NCBI GenBank assembly: GCA_963663275.1
Contig: OY760183.1
Location: forward strand, 256,001 to 320,000
Source of the DNA: Chloroflexota bacterium
GTDB taxonomy: Bacteria; Chloroflexota; UBA11872; VXOZ01
Direction of reading: 5' to 3'
DNA: 64,000 bases
Part shown: piece after piece, positions 20,902 through 30,193 of the stretch
Layout: each line of letters starts with the position of its first letter
Numbering within the stretch: the stretch's first letter is position 1
Program-made: the position numbers and the translations under genes
The notes under the pieces: generated by a model
Told to the model about the DNA's origin: nothing
Database searches by the model: none
What the model saw: the letters and a program-made list of their open reading frames with translations, nothing else

Positions 20902-21779
20902 CAGTCTTGCCCTGCCTCTTTCTCGTGCGCGGCGGCGGCCGCCACGTACTCATACGTCGCGTGCAGCGCCTCGGGCGCGTCCGCGGTATCCGGTTGCAGG
21001 TCGAGCGCGTACCATTGGCAGTTTCCGGCCCGGAGCAGCCGCCGCAGCGGTTGGCGCAGAGGCGCGTGGCCCTGCCCGGGCGGCACGAACAGGCCGGCCG
21101 GCGCCGCGCTCGCCAGGCCGCGCAGCCCCAGGTGCACGTGGTTCGTCAATTCCTCATCCAGATCCCGCACGTAGCAGTAGCGTATGCGCGCGCCGTGCCG
21201 CCGGATGATGGGCATAGGGTCGATCTGCATCAGCGCCAGGTGCCCCAGATCCAGGGCCAAGGCCACAAGTTCCGGCTCCGTCTCTTCCAGGAAGCGTTCC
21301 ATCTCGTCCTCGGTTTCCACGAACGAGGCGAGGCGGGGGCGAAACGCCGGCTGCACGCCAATGGAGCGGATCATGTCGGCCAGACTCTGCACCGTGTCCA
21401 CCAGCAGCGCGTGGTCGCTGAGCGAAAGGGAATCGAAGCGCGTCGGGTTCGGCCAGCCGGCGGTGGAGAGGCGCTCGTTGGAGCCCGGCACGGAGAGGAT
21501 GCAAAAATCGGGCTCCAGCGCCGCCAGACCGTCCAGCAATGGCGGCAGCGCCTGCTCGTGGGCGGCGGTGGCGGCGCGGTCATGCCAGGGTTCGTGCAGC
21601 GTGAGCGCGGAAAGCGCCAGTTCCGCGTCGGCCAGCGCCTCCCGCTGCGCCAGCAGCGCCGGCATGGCGGCGGCGCGTTGCTCCAGCCCGCTGAACCCGG
21701 CGTCGCGGCAGACCGCGGCGACCTCTTCCAGCGGCGCGTCCTTCCACAGCCCCGGCGCGCAGCTTAGCGGCGGCTCCAC
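20901..21779 (-). CDS. Sugar phosphate isomerase/epimerase TIM barrel (IolE-like), with degenerate metal ligands
   Basis: GFSGLE, VETEDEMERFL, LALDLGHL, FVPPGQG. The typical H/K ligands appear as FRPR and YVRD. Confidence 0.7.
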   Translation of the reverse strand: MEPPLSCAPGLWKDAPLEEVAAVCRDAGFSGLEQRAAAMPALLAQREALADAELALSALTLHEPWHDRAATAAHEQALPPLLDGLAALEPDFCILSVPGSNERLSTAGWPNPTRFDSLSLSDHALLVDTVQSLADMIRSIGVQPAFRPRLASFVETEDEMERFLEETEPELVALALDLGHLALMQIDPMPIIRRHGARIRYCYVRDLDEELTNHVHLGLRGLASAAPAGLFVPPGQGHAPLRQPLRRLLRAGNCQWYALDLQPDTADAPEALHATYEYVAAAAAHEKEAGQD

Positions 21780-21782
21780 CGC

Positions 21783-22502
21783 TCACTTCTCCTCGTCGTT
21801 CGTCCTGGGGTAGCCGCGGCTACCGGGGTATCGTTCCTGCGATGCGCCGTCCCCGCCGTCCCGCGCGCCCAGCGCCGTCAGGGAGGGGGACTCGGCCGGC
21901 GAGGACGGCGCGGACAGGCCGCTCTCCGCGGTCGCCTCGCGCCCGCCGTTGGGCGGCAGGGTCATCTGAATGGTCGGCGCCAGTTCCGAGAGTTCCGTAA
22001 ACGTATCCGCCACGTCGATCAGCGCCATCGCCGTCATCTCCGCCAGTCCCACCACCTCGACGCGCACCCCCTTGAACTGCACCGCTTCCACCAGCCGCAC
22101 GAAGTCGCCGTCGCCGGAAACCAGCACCGCCGTATCGATGTGCGGCGCGATCATGAGCATGTCTATGGCGAGTTCCACGTCCAGGTTGGCCTTGACCGTG
22201 CCGTCGGAGAAGCGGCGCAACTCTTTGGTGACCACGCGGAAGCCGTGGCGCTTCATCCACGTCAGGTAGCCGTGGGACTCCGGGCTGTGCGGGTCCACAC
22301 CGGCATAGGCAAACGAGCGCAGCAGGCGCCGGCCTTTGGTGAGCACCGCCACCATGCGCTTGTAGTCCACCCGGATGTTCAGCTTGCGCGCCGCAAAGTA
22401 GAGATTCCCCAGGTCGATGAAGAGCGCCACCTTCTCGAAATAGGGGGGAAACCCAAGCTGTTCCGACTCGACGCTGGGACGGTCAAGAGCGTTTGCACTC
22501 AT
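21783..22502 (-). CDS. NYN domain protein (LabA/DUF88)
   Basis: FIDLGNL, KANLDVELAIDM, LVSGDGDF, GVRVEV, ADTF. Confidence 0.92.
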   Translation of the reverse strand: MSANALDRPSVESEQLGFPPYFEKVALFIDLGNLYFAARKLNIRVDYKRMVAVLTKGRRLLRSFAYAGVDPHSPESHGYLTWMKRHGFRVVTKELRRFSDGTVKANLDVELAIDMLMIAPHIDTAVLVSGDGDFVRLVEAVQFKGVRVEVVGLAEMTAMALIDVADTFTELSELAPTIQMTLPPNGGREATAESGLSAPSSPAESPSLTALGARDGGDGASQERYPGSRGYPRTNDEEK

Positions 22503-22578
22503 GAAAAACACCTTACGCTACACGGAGGACTGACGGGAGTAGTTGTGCGAAGACGAAGCGGGCGCGAATGCCCTGTGA

Positions 22579-22875
22579 GGAGAACTTTTCCTAACCCCTT
22601 CCCCCTTGTGGGCTGACAGGGGTATGTGCTCCAAAGTCGACTTCACGTGTCATTCCGAACGGAGCGCAGCGGAGAGAGGAATCTAAGGCTTTCGCTGCAA
22701 AAACGTCGGTTCTAGATTCCTCGCTCCGCTCGGAATGACACTTGCCTACCCCTGTCAGCCCCTTGAGGGGGAAGGTTGGGATGGGGGTGGAGTGGATTGA
22801 AGTCATATTTTTTCATTGTACAAGCACTCTGGACTCCGGCTTTCGCCGGAATAGCGGAGTCTTGCAAGAGTCTCC
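22579..22875. mobile_element. MITE family 1 containing a nested family 2 element (22610-22761)
   Basis: Degenerate outer TIRs with TGA/TGA flanks. Inner gggctgacagggg..cccctgtcagccc with cttgt/cttga flanks. Confidence 0.8.
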
Positions 22876-23260
22876 TGAGGAGATTCAAGGCAGGCACTGA
22901 GGAAAAGCGGTCTCGAAGCGCGGGTTTGCGCAACCGCGAGACGCAATGCGACCGTCAAGAAAAACGAGAGCGAACGGGCGCTACCGGATACGTCGATACA
23001 GGGGGAGCGGTCAGCCTGGAACTGGATGTCATGTAGTGTAGCACAGCGCGCGCGCGGCTGGCAAGTGCGCCGCCTTTCGGATTGAGGAGCGCCGCGCGCG
23101 GCAGCCTTGCCCGCCAGCGCCTCCCGCGCCGCTCCCCGCGCGCCGCGCAACGACCGCTCTCGCGGCGCTACCGCGGCCCGGCTCTGCTATGCTCAGGATG
23201 CAGGCGGGGGATGTGCGAGCAAGAGCAGGCGGCGCGCCGCGCTAGTAAGGAGCACGAGCC

Positions 23261-24031
23261 ATGATTCGCTTTGGATACCGTACGCCGGGGTTGAAGGCGC
23301 TTTCGTTCCGGCAGAAGGCGCAGCTTGCGGCCGACCTGGGGTTGCCCGTGATCGAGGTGGCGCGCACCGAGTTCGACACGCTGGACGACTGCCGCGAAAT
23401 GCGGGAAGCGTGCGCGGACCTGGGCGTGGAGATCACCTCCATGGGCGGCGCTATGAACCTGTGCGACCCGGCGCTGGCGGCGGATACGCTGGGCCAGCTT
23501 GACTTTGCGCTGGACGCCTGCGCGGCGCTGGACGTGGACATCTTCTTCACCCGCGTCATGTGGCCCCCGCCGGGCGTGCCCCAGGCCGACACGTGGCGGG
23601 CCTGCGCGGACATCACGCGCGCGGTCTGCGAACGGACGGCGGCGCGCAACATTCGCTTTGCGCTGGAGGCCGACCCGCCGTGCTTCGTGCACACGCTGGA
23701 GCGCGTGGAGCGGCTCATGGAACTGGTGGATCATCCGAACTTCTGGCTGAACTACGATCCCACCAACTACTACGTGGTCGGCAGCGACCCGCTGCAGGTC
23801 ATCGAACGCCACGCCGGCCGCATCATCAACGGCCACGTCAAGGACGGCGTCTATCACGCCGATGAGAAGGGCGAGCGTCCGGTGGGCGCGGGCGAGGTGC
23901 CCTACGCGGCAATTTTCACGGCGCTGCTGGACCGCAACCTGGACGTGGCCATGCACGTGGAGCATTGCAACACCGTCGCGTGCGTTTCGGAGGCGGCGGC
24001 GCACGTACAAGGCGTGCTGGCGTCGCTGTAG
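23261..24031 (+). CDS. Sugar phosphate isomerase/epimerase (AP endonuclease 2 TIM barrel)
   Basis: FALE, NYDPTNY, GHVKD, GAGEV, HVEH. Confidence 0.85.
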   Translation: MIRFGYRTPGLKALSFRQKAQLAADLGLPVIEVARTEFDTLDDCREMREACADLGVEITSMGGAMNLCDPALAADTLGQLDFALDACAALDVDIFFTRVMWPPPGVPQADTWRACADITRAVCERTAARNIRFALEADPPCFVHTLERVERLMELVDHPNFWLNYDPTNYYVVGSDPLQVIERHAGRIINGHVKDGVYHADEKGERPVGAGEVPYAAIFTALLDRNLDVAMHVEHCNTVACVSEAAAHVQGVLASL

Positions 24032-24374
24032 GCGAGTCGCGGCAACCGGCGCTCTGTATGCTTCCCCCGCGTTCATGCTTCGACAGGCTCAGCACGAACG
24101 GTCATGGGCGCGGCCAGCACGAACGGTCATGTGCGCTCAGCGGGAACGATCAGGGGCGTTCAGCGGTTCAGCGGAATCGGCCAGGCGCCCGGCGGCTACG
24201 TACGTACGTTCTTCCTGTACGCTGCGATCACTCTCCACGAAGATCGCACACTGGCTCTGCGCGCGGGGTTGTTTCTGCCCCTGTTCCTGCCTAGACTAGT
24301 GGATACGCCCACGTCCGCCGGCTCTCTTGCCGCCGGCGGCTGAGCACGGGTACGCGAAGGCCACCCTTACTGGA

Positions 24375-25670
24375 ATGAGAACGGTCATGGCCGACCAGGC
24401 GGCGACCATTGCCGACGAGCAGAAGAAAACGCGAGCGGCGCCGGAGAGCGGGCCGCGCATGAGGCCCTGCGTGGTGGCGCACTACCACGAGGTGGGGTTG
24501 AAAGGCCGCAACCGCCCCTTCTTCCTGAGCACGCTGGAAGAGAACCTGCACCGCGCCACCGCCGGACTGGGCGTGAAAGAAGTCGAGCGCGCCAGCGGGC
24601 GCATCATCCTCTGGCTGGAGCCGGACGCGCCCTGGCCGCCGCTGCGGGAGCGCATCGCCAGTGTCTTTGGCATCGTAAACTTCGCGCGCGGCTACGCTGT
24701 GCACCCGTCGCTGGAGACGCTGCTGCGGGGCGTGCTGGCGCGGTTGCCGGAAGCCGGCGCGTTCGGCACCTTTGCCGTCCGCGCCCGGCGCGCGTTCAAG
24801 GACCTGCCGCTTTCCTCGCGGGAGATCGCGGTGAAACTGGGCGCGGCGGTGCAGGCGGCCAGCGGCGCCGGCGTGAACCTCAGCGCGCCGGAGATGACGG
24901 TCTACGTAGAGGTGCTGCCCCAGTTCGCGCTCTTCTTCTTTGGCAAGGAGCGCGGCCCCGGCGGCCTGCCGGTAGGGTGCAGCGCGCCCGTCACCGTGCT
25001 GCTCTCCGGCGGCATCGACTCTCCCGTGGCCGCCTGCCGCCTCTTGAAGCGCGGTTCACCGGCGGTGCTGGTGCACTTCCACTCGTTTCCCTACCTCGAC
25101 ACCGCCTCGCAGGAGAAGGCGCGGGAACTGGCGCATATCATCAGCCGCTACCAGGGAGACACCGTGCTCTACCTGGCGCCGCTGGGCGAAATCCAGCGCC
25201 AGATCGTGGTGGCCTGCCCCGCGCCCTACCGGGTGGTGCTCTACCGCCGCTTCATGGTGCGCATCGCGGAAGAACTGGGCCGCCGGCACGGCGCGCGGGC
25301 GCTGGTCACCGGCGATAGCCTGGGGCAGGTGGCGTCGCAGACCATCGAGAACCTAGCCGCGATCGAGGACGCCGCTACGGACATCATGCTGCGCCCGCTC
25401 ATCGGCATGGACAAGCAGGAAATCGCCGACGAAGCGGAGCGCATCGGCACCTACGCCGTCTCCATCCGTCCCGACCAGGACTGCTGCGCGCTCTTCGTGC
25501 CTTCCAATCCCTCGATCCACACCGATCTGCAAGGCATCCGCGCCGCCGAAGCGGTGCTGGACGTGGAGTCTCTCGTGAAGCAGGGTATCGCTGAAGCGGA
25601 GGTGGTGGCGTATCGACACAACGATGTGAGGACTCTTCCTGCGAAGGGTAAGAGTTCACTGCCTGTGTAG
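24375..25670 (+). CDS. thiI: tRNA 4-thiouridine sulfurtransferase ThiI (no rhodanese domain)
   Basis: HYHEVGLKGRNR, THUMP domain, GGLPVG, LLSGGIDSPVA, TGDSLGQVASQT, RPLIGMDK, DCC. Exact start uncertain. Confidence 0.92.
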   Translation: MRTVMADQAATIADEQKKTRAAPESGPRMRPCVVAHYHEVGLKGRNRPFFLSTLEENLHRATAGLGVKEVERASGRIILWLEPDAPWPPLRERIASVFGIVNFARGYAVHPSLETLLRGVLARLPEAGAFGTFAVRARRAFKDLPLSSREIAVKLGAAVQAASGAGVNLSAPEMTVYVEVLPQFALFFFGKERGPGGLPVGCSAPVTVLLSGGIDSPVAACRLLKRGSPAVLVHFHSFPYLDTASQEKARELAHIISRYQGDTVLYLAPLGEIQRQIVVACPAPYRVVLYRRFMVRIAEELGRRHGARALVTGDSLGQVASQTIENLAAIEDAATDIMLRPLIGMDKQEIADEAERIGTYAVSIRPDQDCCALFVPSNPSIHTDLQGIRAAEAVLDVESLVKQGIAEAEVVAYRHNDVRTLPAKGKSSLPV

Positions 25671-25680
25671 GGCGACAAGC

Positions 25681-25935
25681 ATGAAACCAATTCGATTGAC
25701 ACGACATGCTAAAGAGCAATGCGCAGAACGAGGAACGATGGAGAGTGAGGTCATTGAGGCAATCAATCATGGCATACGAGAACCGGCGAAGCTTGGACGG
25801 AAGATGTGCCGCATGGACATCCCGTTTGGCAGCACTTGGCACGGCTCGTTCTATTCCACAAAGCAGGTCGCTGCCATGATTGTGGAAGAACCTGAAGAAA
25901 CAGTCGTAGTCACCGTTTACACCTTCTATTTCTGA
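25681..25935 (+). CDS. DUF4258-like putative toxin
   Basis: IRLTRHAKEQCAERG N-terminus and VVVTVY C-terminus. Lower GC than the flanks. Confidence 0.7.
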   Translation: MKPIRLTRHAKEQCAERGTMESEVIEAINHGIREPAKLGRKMCRMDIPFGSTWHGSFYSTKQVAAMIVEEPEETVVVTVYTFYF

Positions 25936-26037
25936 GATTCTACAGCCACCCATTCGAGTATTAGGTAGATGGGCGCGCTTGTGGTTGAGATACGATTATA
26001 ATGAGGTATGTGGTTTAACGAAGGAGAGGGATAGAAG

Positions 26038-26283
26038 ATGAAACTTAGCTATGACTCGGAAGCGGATGCGCTGTACATACGCCTCATCAAGGAGAATCAG
26101 GAGTGCCGCACTTTGCGGCTCAACGAAGAGATAGCGCTCAATATGGGGCCTGGTGAAATGCTCGTGGGCATTGAGATCCTCAATGCCTCTCAGGTATTGG
26201 GGGACGGCCCGCTGCCCGTCATAGAGCTAGTGAATCTGAGCGCAACGACAAGCAGCGACCGGGAAGAACCGGCGGCCGTATAG
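26038..26283 (+). CDS. DUF2283 protein (putative antitoxin)
   Basis: MKLSYDSEADALYIRL...LVGIEILNAS. AAGGAG RBS. Confidence 0.85.
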   Translation: MKLSYDSEADALYIRLIKENQECRTLRLNEEIALNMGPGEMLVGIEILNASQVLGDGPLPVIELVNLSATTSSDREEPAAV

Positions 26284-26310
26284 CCGCTGCCCATTCCGAC
26301 TGTTTTACCT

Positions 26311-27006
26311 CTAGCCCCGAGACTTGGGCTCCAGGCTCTCGATCAGCGGCAGCAGGCGTTCGTAGAGTTCCGCCGTGGCGCGGGCGTCGGCCAGGCAGTA
26401 GCGGGCGATGTCGTCCCACGCGCCCGCGTCGTACGCCTGGGGCACGGCGCTGCCGCTGAGGCCCGCTTTGGGATCGCTGATGCCGAACTGCTGGCACCAG
26501 AATTGCAGCGTATAGGGCGCGATCGCGCGGTGGAAGGTCAGAACTTCCAGCAGGTCGCAGTGCTGCCGGAAGCTATAGCGGTAGGGCATCAGGTTGCGCG
26601 CCGGGGGGACGTCCAGCACGGCGGAGCGCAGCATCAGAACGGGGCAGTCGAACGTTCGGCCGTTGTAGGTGACGATGGTATCGAACTGCTGGACGCGCCG
26701 CCAGAACTCGGCCAGTATCTCTTCCTCGCCGCCGTGGAAGACCCGCGCGCCGTCGTGGAAATCCTCCCATTGGCGCGCGCCGGCGCTGTTGTTCACCAGC
26801 ACCCCGCCGCGCTGCTCGCCGGGCATCCACATGCCGATGGCCACGATCCGCGCCGTGCCGGGATTGAGCGCCAGCCGCTCCGGCATGGCCGCGCGCGCCT
26901 CATCGTCCCGCTCCCGCGCCAGCAGATATTCCTGCATAGCGGGCACGAAACCGTCCCACGGCAGGCCGACCGTCTCCACGTCGATAGCCAACGGCTGTGC
27001 CGCCAT
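26311..27006 (-). CDS. Stand-alone DEDD 3'-5' exonuclease (PolB exonuclease-like, RNase H fold)
   Basis: IDVET, TYNGRTFD, HCDL and YCLAD exonuclease I-III motifs. Confidence 0.85.
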   Translation of the reverse strand: MAAQPLAIDVETVGLPWDGFVPAMQEYLLARERDDEARAAMPERLALNPGTARIVAIGMWMPGEQRGGVLVNNSAGARQWEDFHDGARVFHGGEEEILAEFWRRVQQFDTIVTYNGRTFDCPVLMLRSAVLDVPPARNLMPYRYSFRQHCDLLEVLTFHRAIAPYTLQFWCQQFGISDPKAGLSGSAVPQAYDAGAWDDIARYCLADARATAELYERLLPLIESLEPKSRG

Positions 27007-27080
27007 AGAATCCTCTCTCCCGCACTGCGCGGCGCCGGCGCGTCACCCCCGCCCCACGCCGCAGAGAACGCGCTCGCTTC

Positions 27081-29558
27081 CTACGCCGGGCCTTCTTGCC
27101 GCTCGCGGCGGCGGAAAGTTTCCTCGATCTCCGCGTCGAGTTCCTGCGCCCAATTCCGCACCCGGGAGCGCAGGCGCATGTTCTGGTACGCGCCCCAGAC
27201 CGTCATCGCCGGCGGCACCACCAGCACGGACACCACCAGCGAGTAGAGGATCGTAATCGCCGCCGTGAAGGCGAACTGCTGGAACATGATCTGGGTGGAG
27301 ACCAGCAGCGCGCCGATGCCCAGGGCCGTGGTCAGCGCCGAACCCAGCAGCGCCGAGCCGGTAGTGCGCAGCGTCCGGATGGCCGCCTGCTCCGGGTCGC
27401 GCCGGCGGGCGTACTCCTCGCGGTAGCGATGGATGATGTGGATGGTGTAGTCCACCCCGATGCCGATCGAGAGCGCCGCGATGATCGACGTGATCAGCGA
27501 ATAGGGAATGCCCAGCAGCGCCATCGTGCCGATCACCGAGACGAGCGCGATGACGATCGGCGCCACCGCGATCAGCGCCAGCGCCGGTTGGCGCGCCGTC
27601 ACCCAGAAGAAGAACGCCAGCACGCTGAGGGCGGCCGCGATGATGGTTATCACCGCCTCCGTCTGCCCGTCGGTAATCGCGTCGGTAATCGTAATCGTGA
27701 TGATGCTGTCCGACGTTGCCGTAATGTCAGTGTCTTCGCCGCGCCAGCGCGTCTCTATCTCCTCCTGGATTGCCTTCGTTTGCGCGGCATTGCCGGTATA
27801 TGCCGGAAACTGGAGCAGTATTGAGTCTCTGCCATTGGGATCGTTGGAGAGAAGATACGCCAAGGTGGGGTCTTGCGCCTGGAGCCTGACGAGCGCCTCC
27901 TGCATCAGCCCGGTATCGAGTTGCACGCCGGCGGAGGCTTCCCCGAAGAGCGCGGCCAGTTCCGGGTCGTACTTGTCGCCGGGCTCCCCGCTGTCGTGGA
28001 TCCAGTCGCGCAGGAGCGATTCGTACGAGGCGATGATGGGGCTTGCCGCCGCGCTCGGGCGCAGCCCTTCATCCTCGAAGGCGGTCATGAGGTCCCGCAG
28101 GTTCAGCAGCGTGCGCGTCTCCGCGGCCTCGGCCGTTACAAGCACGTTGACCATCTCCGTGGAGCCGCCAAACGCCGCGTCCAGCGTATCCATGTCCGCC
28201 ATGGTGGGCCCGCCTCTGGGCACCACGTCGCGGAGTTGGAACTCCGAGCCGACTCCCCTGGCCGCAATCCCAAGTCCGACGACAATCACGAACACGACGA
28301 TGAGATAGGGCGCGGGCCTGCGCGTGACTCCCCGCCCCAGCATCTCCGCCAGCCGCTCGACGCCGGGCAGCGCGTGCGCCACCAAACGAGGCTGTTTCAA
28401 CGTGCCGCGCGCTTCGCGCCGCCGGTCGATGAGCGTCCGGCCGGCCGGCACCAGGGTCAACATCACGATGAGGGTCATGCCCACGCCCAAGCCGGCGATC
28501 ACGCCGAAATCGCCCACGATTTCGATGGGAGAGAACAGGCTCACCAGGAAACTGACAATCGTGGTGACGCCGGCCAGCGTCAGCGGCACGGTGACGTTGT
28601 TCAGCCCCACGCGCGCGGCCTCGGCCACCGGCTCGCCCAGGTGGCGTTGCTCGCGGTAGTGCGAGACGATCTGAATCGCGTAGTCCACCGTGAGACTCAT
28701 CATGACGACGGGCACCACCGCCGTCAGCGCGTTGGGCGGGCCGATCAGGCCCAAACCGTACGGGCCGAGCCAGCCCTCCACGCCGATGATCCAGACGAGG
28801 GCCAGGGTCAACCCTCCCAGCGTGAGCAGCAAATCGGTGAACGTGCGCATGAAGAGCAGCGTAAGCCCCGCGATGAGCAGGAGCGTCAGCCCGGACAAGG
28901 GCAGCCTCCCTTCCCGCGTGGCCTGCCGGAAGGCGTCGTCGACCACCACGGTCGAGAGGCTGCTGGCGCGCAGCGGGCCTTCGCTGGCGAGCGCGGCCTC
29001 GTAGATCCGGCGTTCGGCGTCCACCACGCGCTCGTCACCCGTTCTGCGCAGGCGGATGCTGGCAACCGCGACCGGCGTGTCGTCCGCGTCCACGCCGGTC
29101 AGCGCGGCGAGCGCCGGCTGTATCTCCGGGCGGGCGCCGGCCGCGTCGATCTGCTCCTGGGTGACCGCCTCGAAACTCTGCACGCGCAGCAGCGCCTTGA
29201 TCAGCAGCGAGGGCGCGACCACCGGGTCCACCGGCGCCAGAATTCCCCCCACCGTTGGATCGGTGACGACCTCGCCAATCAGGGCGTCCATCTGCGCCAA
29301 TCCCGCCGGAGTGAGCCCGTTGCCCCGGAAGATGAGCGTTACGACGGTGGCGTTGCCGGTTTCACCGAAGCGCTCTTCGATCTCTGCGAGCGCCATGGCG
29401 ACGGCGCTCTCCTCGGGCAGAGACGCAATTGAAGGCGGCAGCGGCGCCCGCCGCGCCGCCCCCGCGGCGAGAAAGATCGTCACGTTCAAGAGCATGAACA
29501 GCGTGAGCCACGGACGCTCGACGACCAGCCGGCTCAACTCGCCGAGAACGTTGCTCAT
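27081..29558 (-). CDS. MMPL/RND-family transporter, copy 1
   Basis: Two-repeat topology with SLTVDYAIQIVSHYRE and GIGVDYTIHIIHRYREE, plus GSALLGSALTT. ATG 29558. Confidence 0.9.
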   Translation of the reverse strand: MSNVLGELSRLVVERPWLTLFMLLNVTIFLAAGAARRAPLPPSIASLPEESAVAMALAEIEERFGETGNATVVTLIFRGNGLTPAGLAQMDALIGEVVTDPTVGGILAPVDPVVAPSLLIKALLRVQSFEAVTQEQIDAAGARPEIQPALAALTGVDADDTPVAVASIRLRRTGDERVVDAERRIYEAALASEGPLRASSLSTVVVDDAFRQATREGRLPLSGLTLLLIAGLTLLFMRTFTDLLLTLGGLTLALVWIIGVEGWLGPYGLGLIGPPNALTAVVPVVMMSLTVDYAIQIVSHYREQRHLGEPVAEAARVGLNNVTVPLTLAGVTTIVSFLVSLFSPIEIVGDFGVIAGLGVGMTLIVMLTLVPAGRTLIDRRREARGTLKQPRLVAHALPGVERLAEMLGRGVTRRPAPYLIVVFVIVVGLGIAARGVGSEFQLRDVVPRGGPTMADMDTLDAAFGGSTEMVNVLVTAEAAETRTLLNLRDLMTAFEDEGLRPSAAASPIIASYESLLRDWIHDSGEPGDKYDPELAALFGEASAGVQLDTGLMQEALVRLQAQDPTLAYLLSNDPNGRDSILLQFPAYTGNAAQTKAIQEEIETRWRGEDTDITATSDSIITITITDAITDGQTEAVITIIAAALSVLAFFFWVTARQPALALIAVAPIVIALVSVIGTMALLGIPYSLITSIIAALSIGIGVDYTIHIIHRYREEYARRRDPEQAAIRTLRTTGSALLGSALTTALGIGALLVSTQIMFQQFAFTAAITILYSLVVSVLVVPPAMTVWGAYQNMRLRSRVRNWAQELDAEIEETFRRRERQEGPA

Positions 29559-29817
29559 GTCCCCACTTCCTGTATGCGGACGCTCCCACACGCGGCGTGG
29601 GCAACCTCGCGGCCGCGGCGGGCGCGCCGCCCAGGCCCACAGTCGTCTCGAAGGTCCGTTCGTGCCGTCCTCTCACCACTTGAGCACTTAGCACTATACA
29701 CGAAAGCGAGCCGAGCGGCATACCCGACTTGACGTGTGCGCCCACAAGCTCGCCCTCCGGCCGGAGAAGCAACGGCACAACCCGGCCGCTAGGCAGAATG
29801 AACTCCCTCTCCCTGGG

Positions 29818-29896
29818 GCGCCCAGGTGCGGGCAATAGGCCTCGGCCACGCAGACGCGCCCGTTCTCATCACAGTACGCAATGATATTCTCACCCA
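29818..29896 (-). pseudogene. Short remnant of a Rieske [2Fe-2S] oxygenase gene
   Basis: Encodes GENIIAYCDENGRVCVAEAYCPHLGA, nearly identical to 32434-32508. Confidence 0.75.
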
Positions 29897-29904
29897 GTCT
29901 CAAA

Positions 29905-29968
29905 TTGACAGCGTATACCATTTTCAAGTACAATATAGTCGAATAGACCGAATAGTCGAACAGACCGA
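29905..29968 (+). promoter_or_regulatory. Sigma70-type promoter with an adjacent 17-bp direct repeat (candidate operator)
   Basis: TTGACA 29905-29910, 18-nt spacer, TACAAT 29929-29934, then atagtcgaatagaccga / atagtcgaacagaccga. Confidence 0.65.
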
Positions 29969-30193
29969 AATGAACTGCCTGTACGCCCCGGGAACGCGCG
30001 CTCAAAGGTGAGTCCGTGCTCCGTTGTCGGTTAGCCTCTCCTTTTTCCTGCCCAGTGGTCGAGTCTGCCCGTAGCGCGCCATGCTCCGGATGGTGTGCCG
30101 GCAGGTCGATCCGCGCGCGGATACTGTGGCTGGGAGGTTCTCATTCACTCTTCCACCAGTCAAGGTTATCACGAGTCCTTGGAGGAAAGACGT

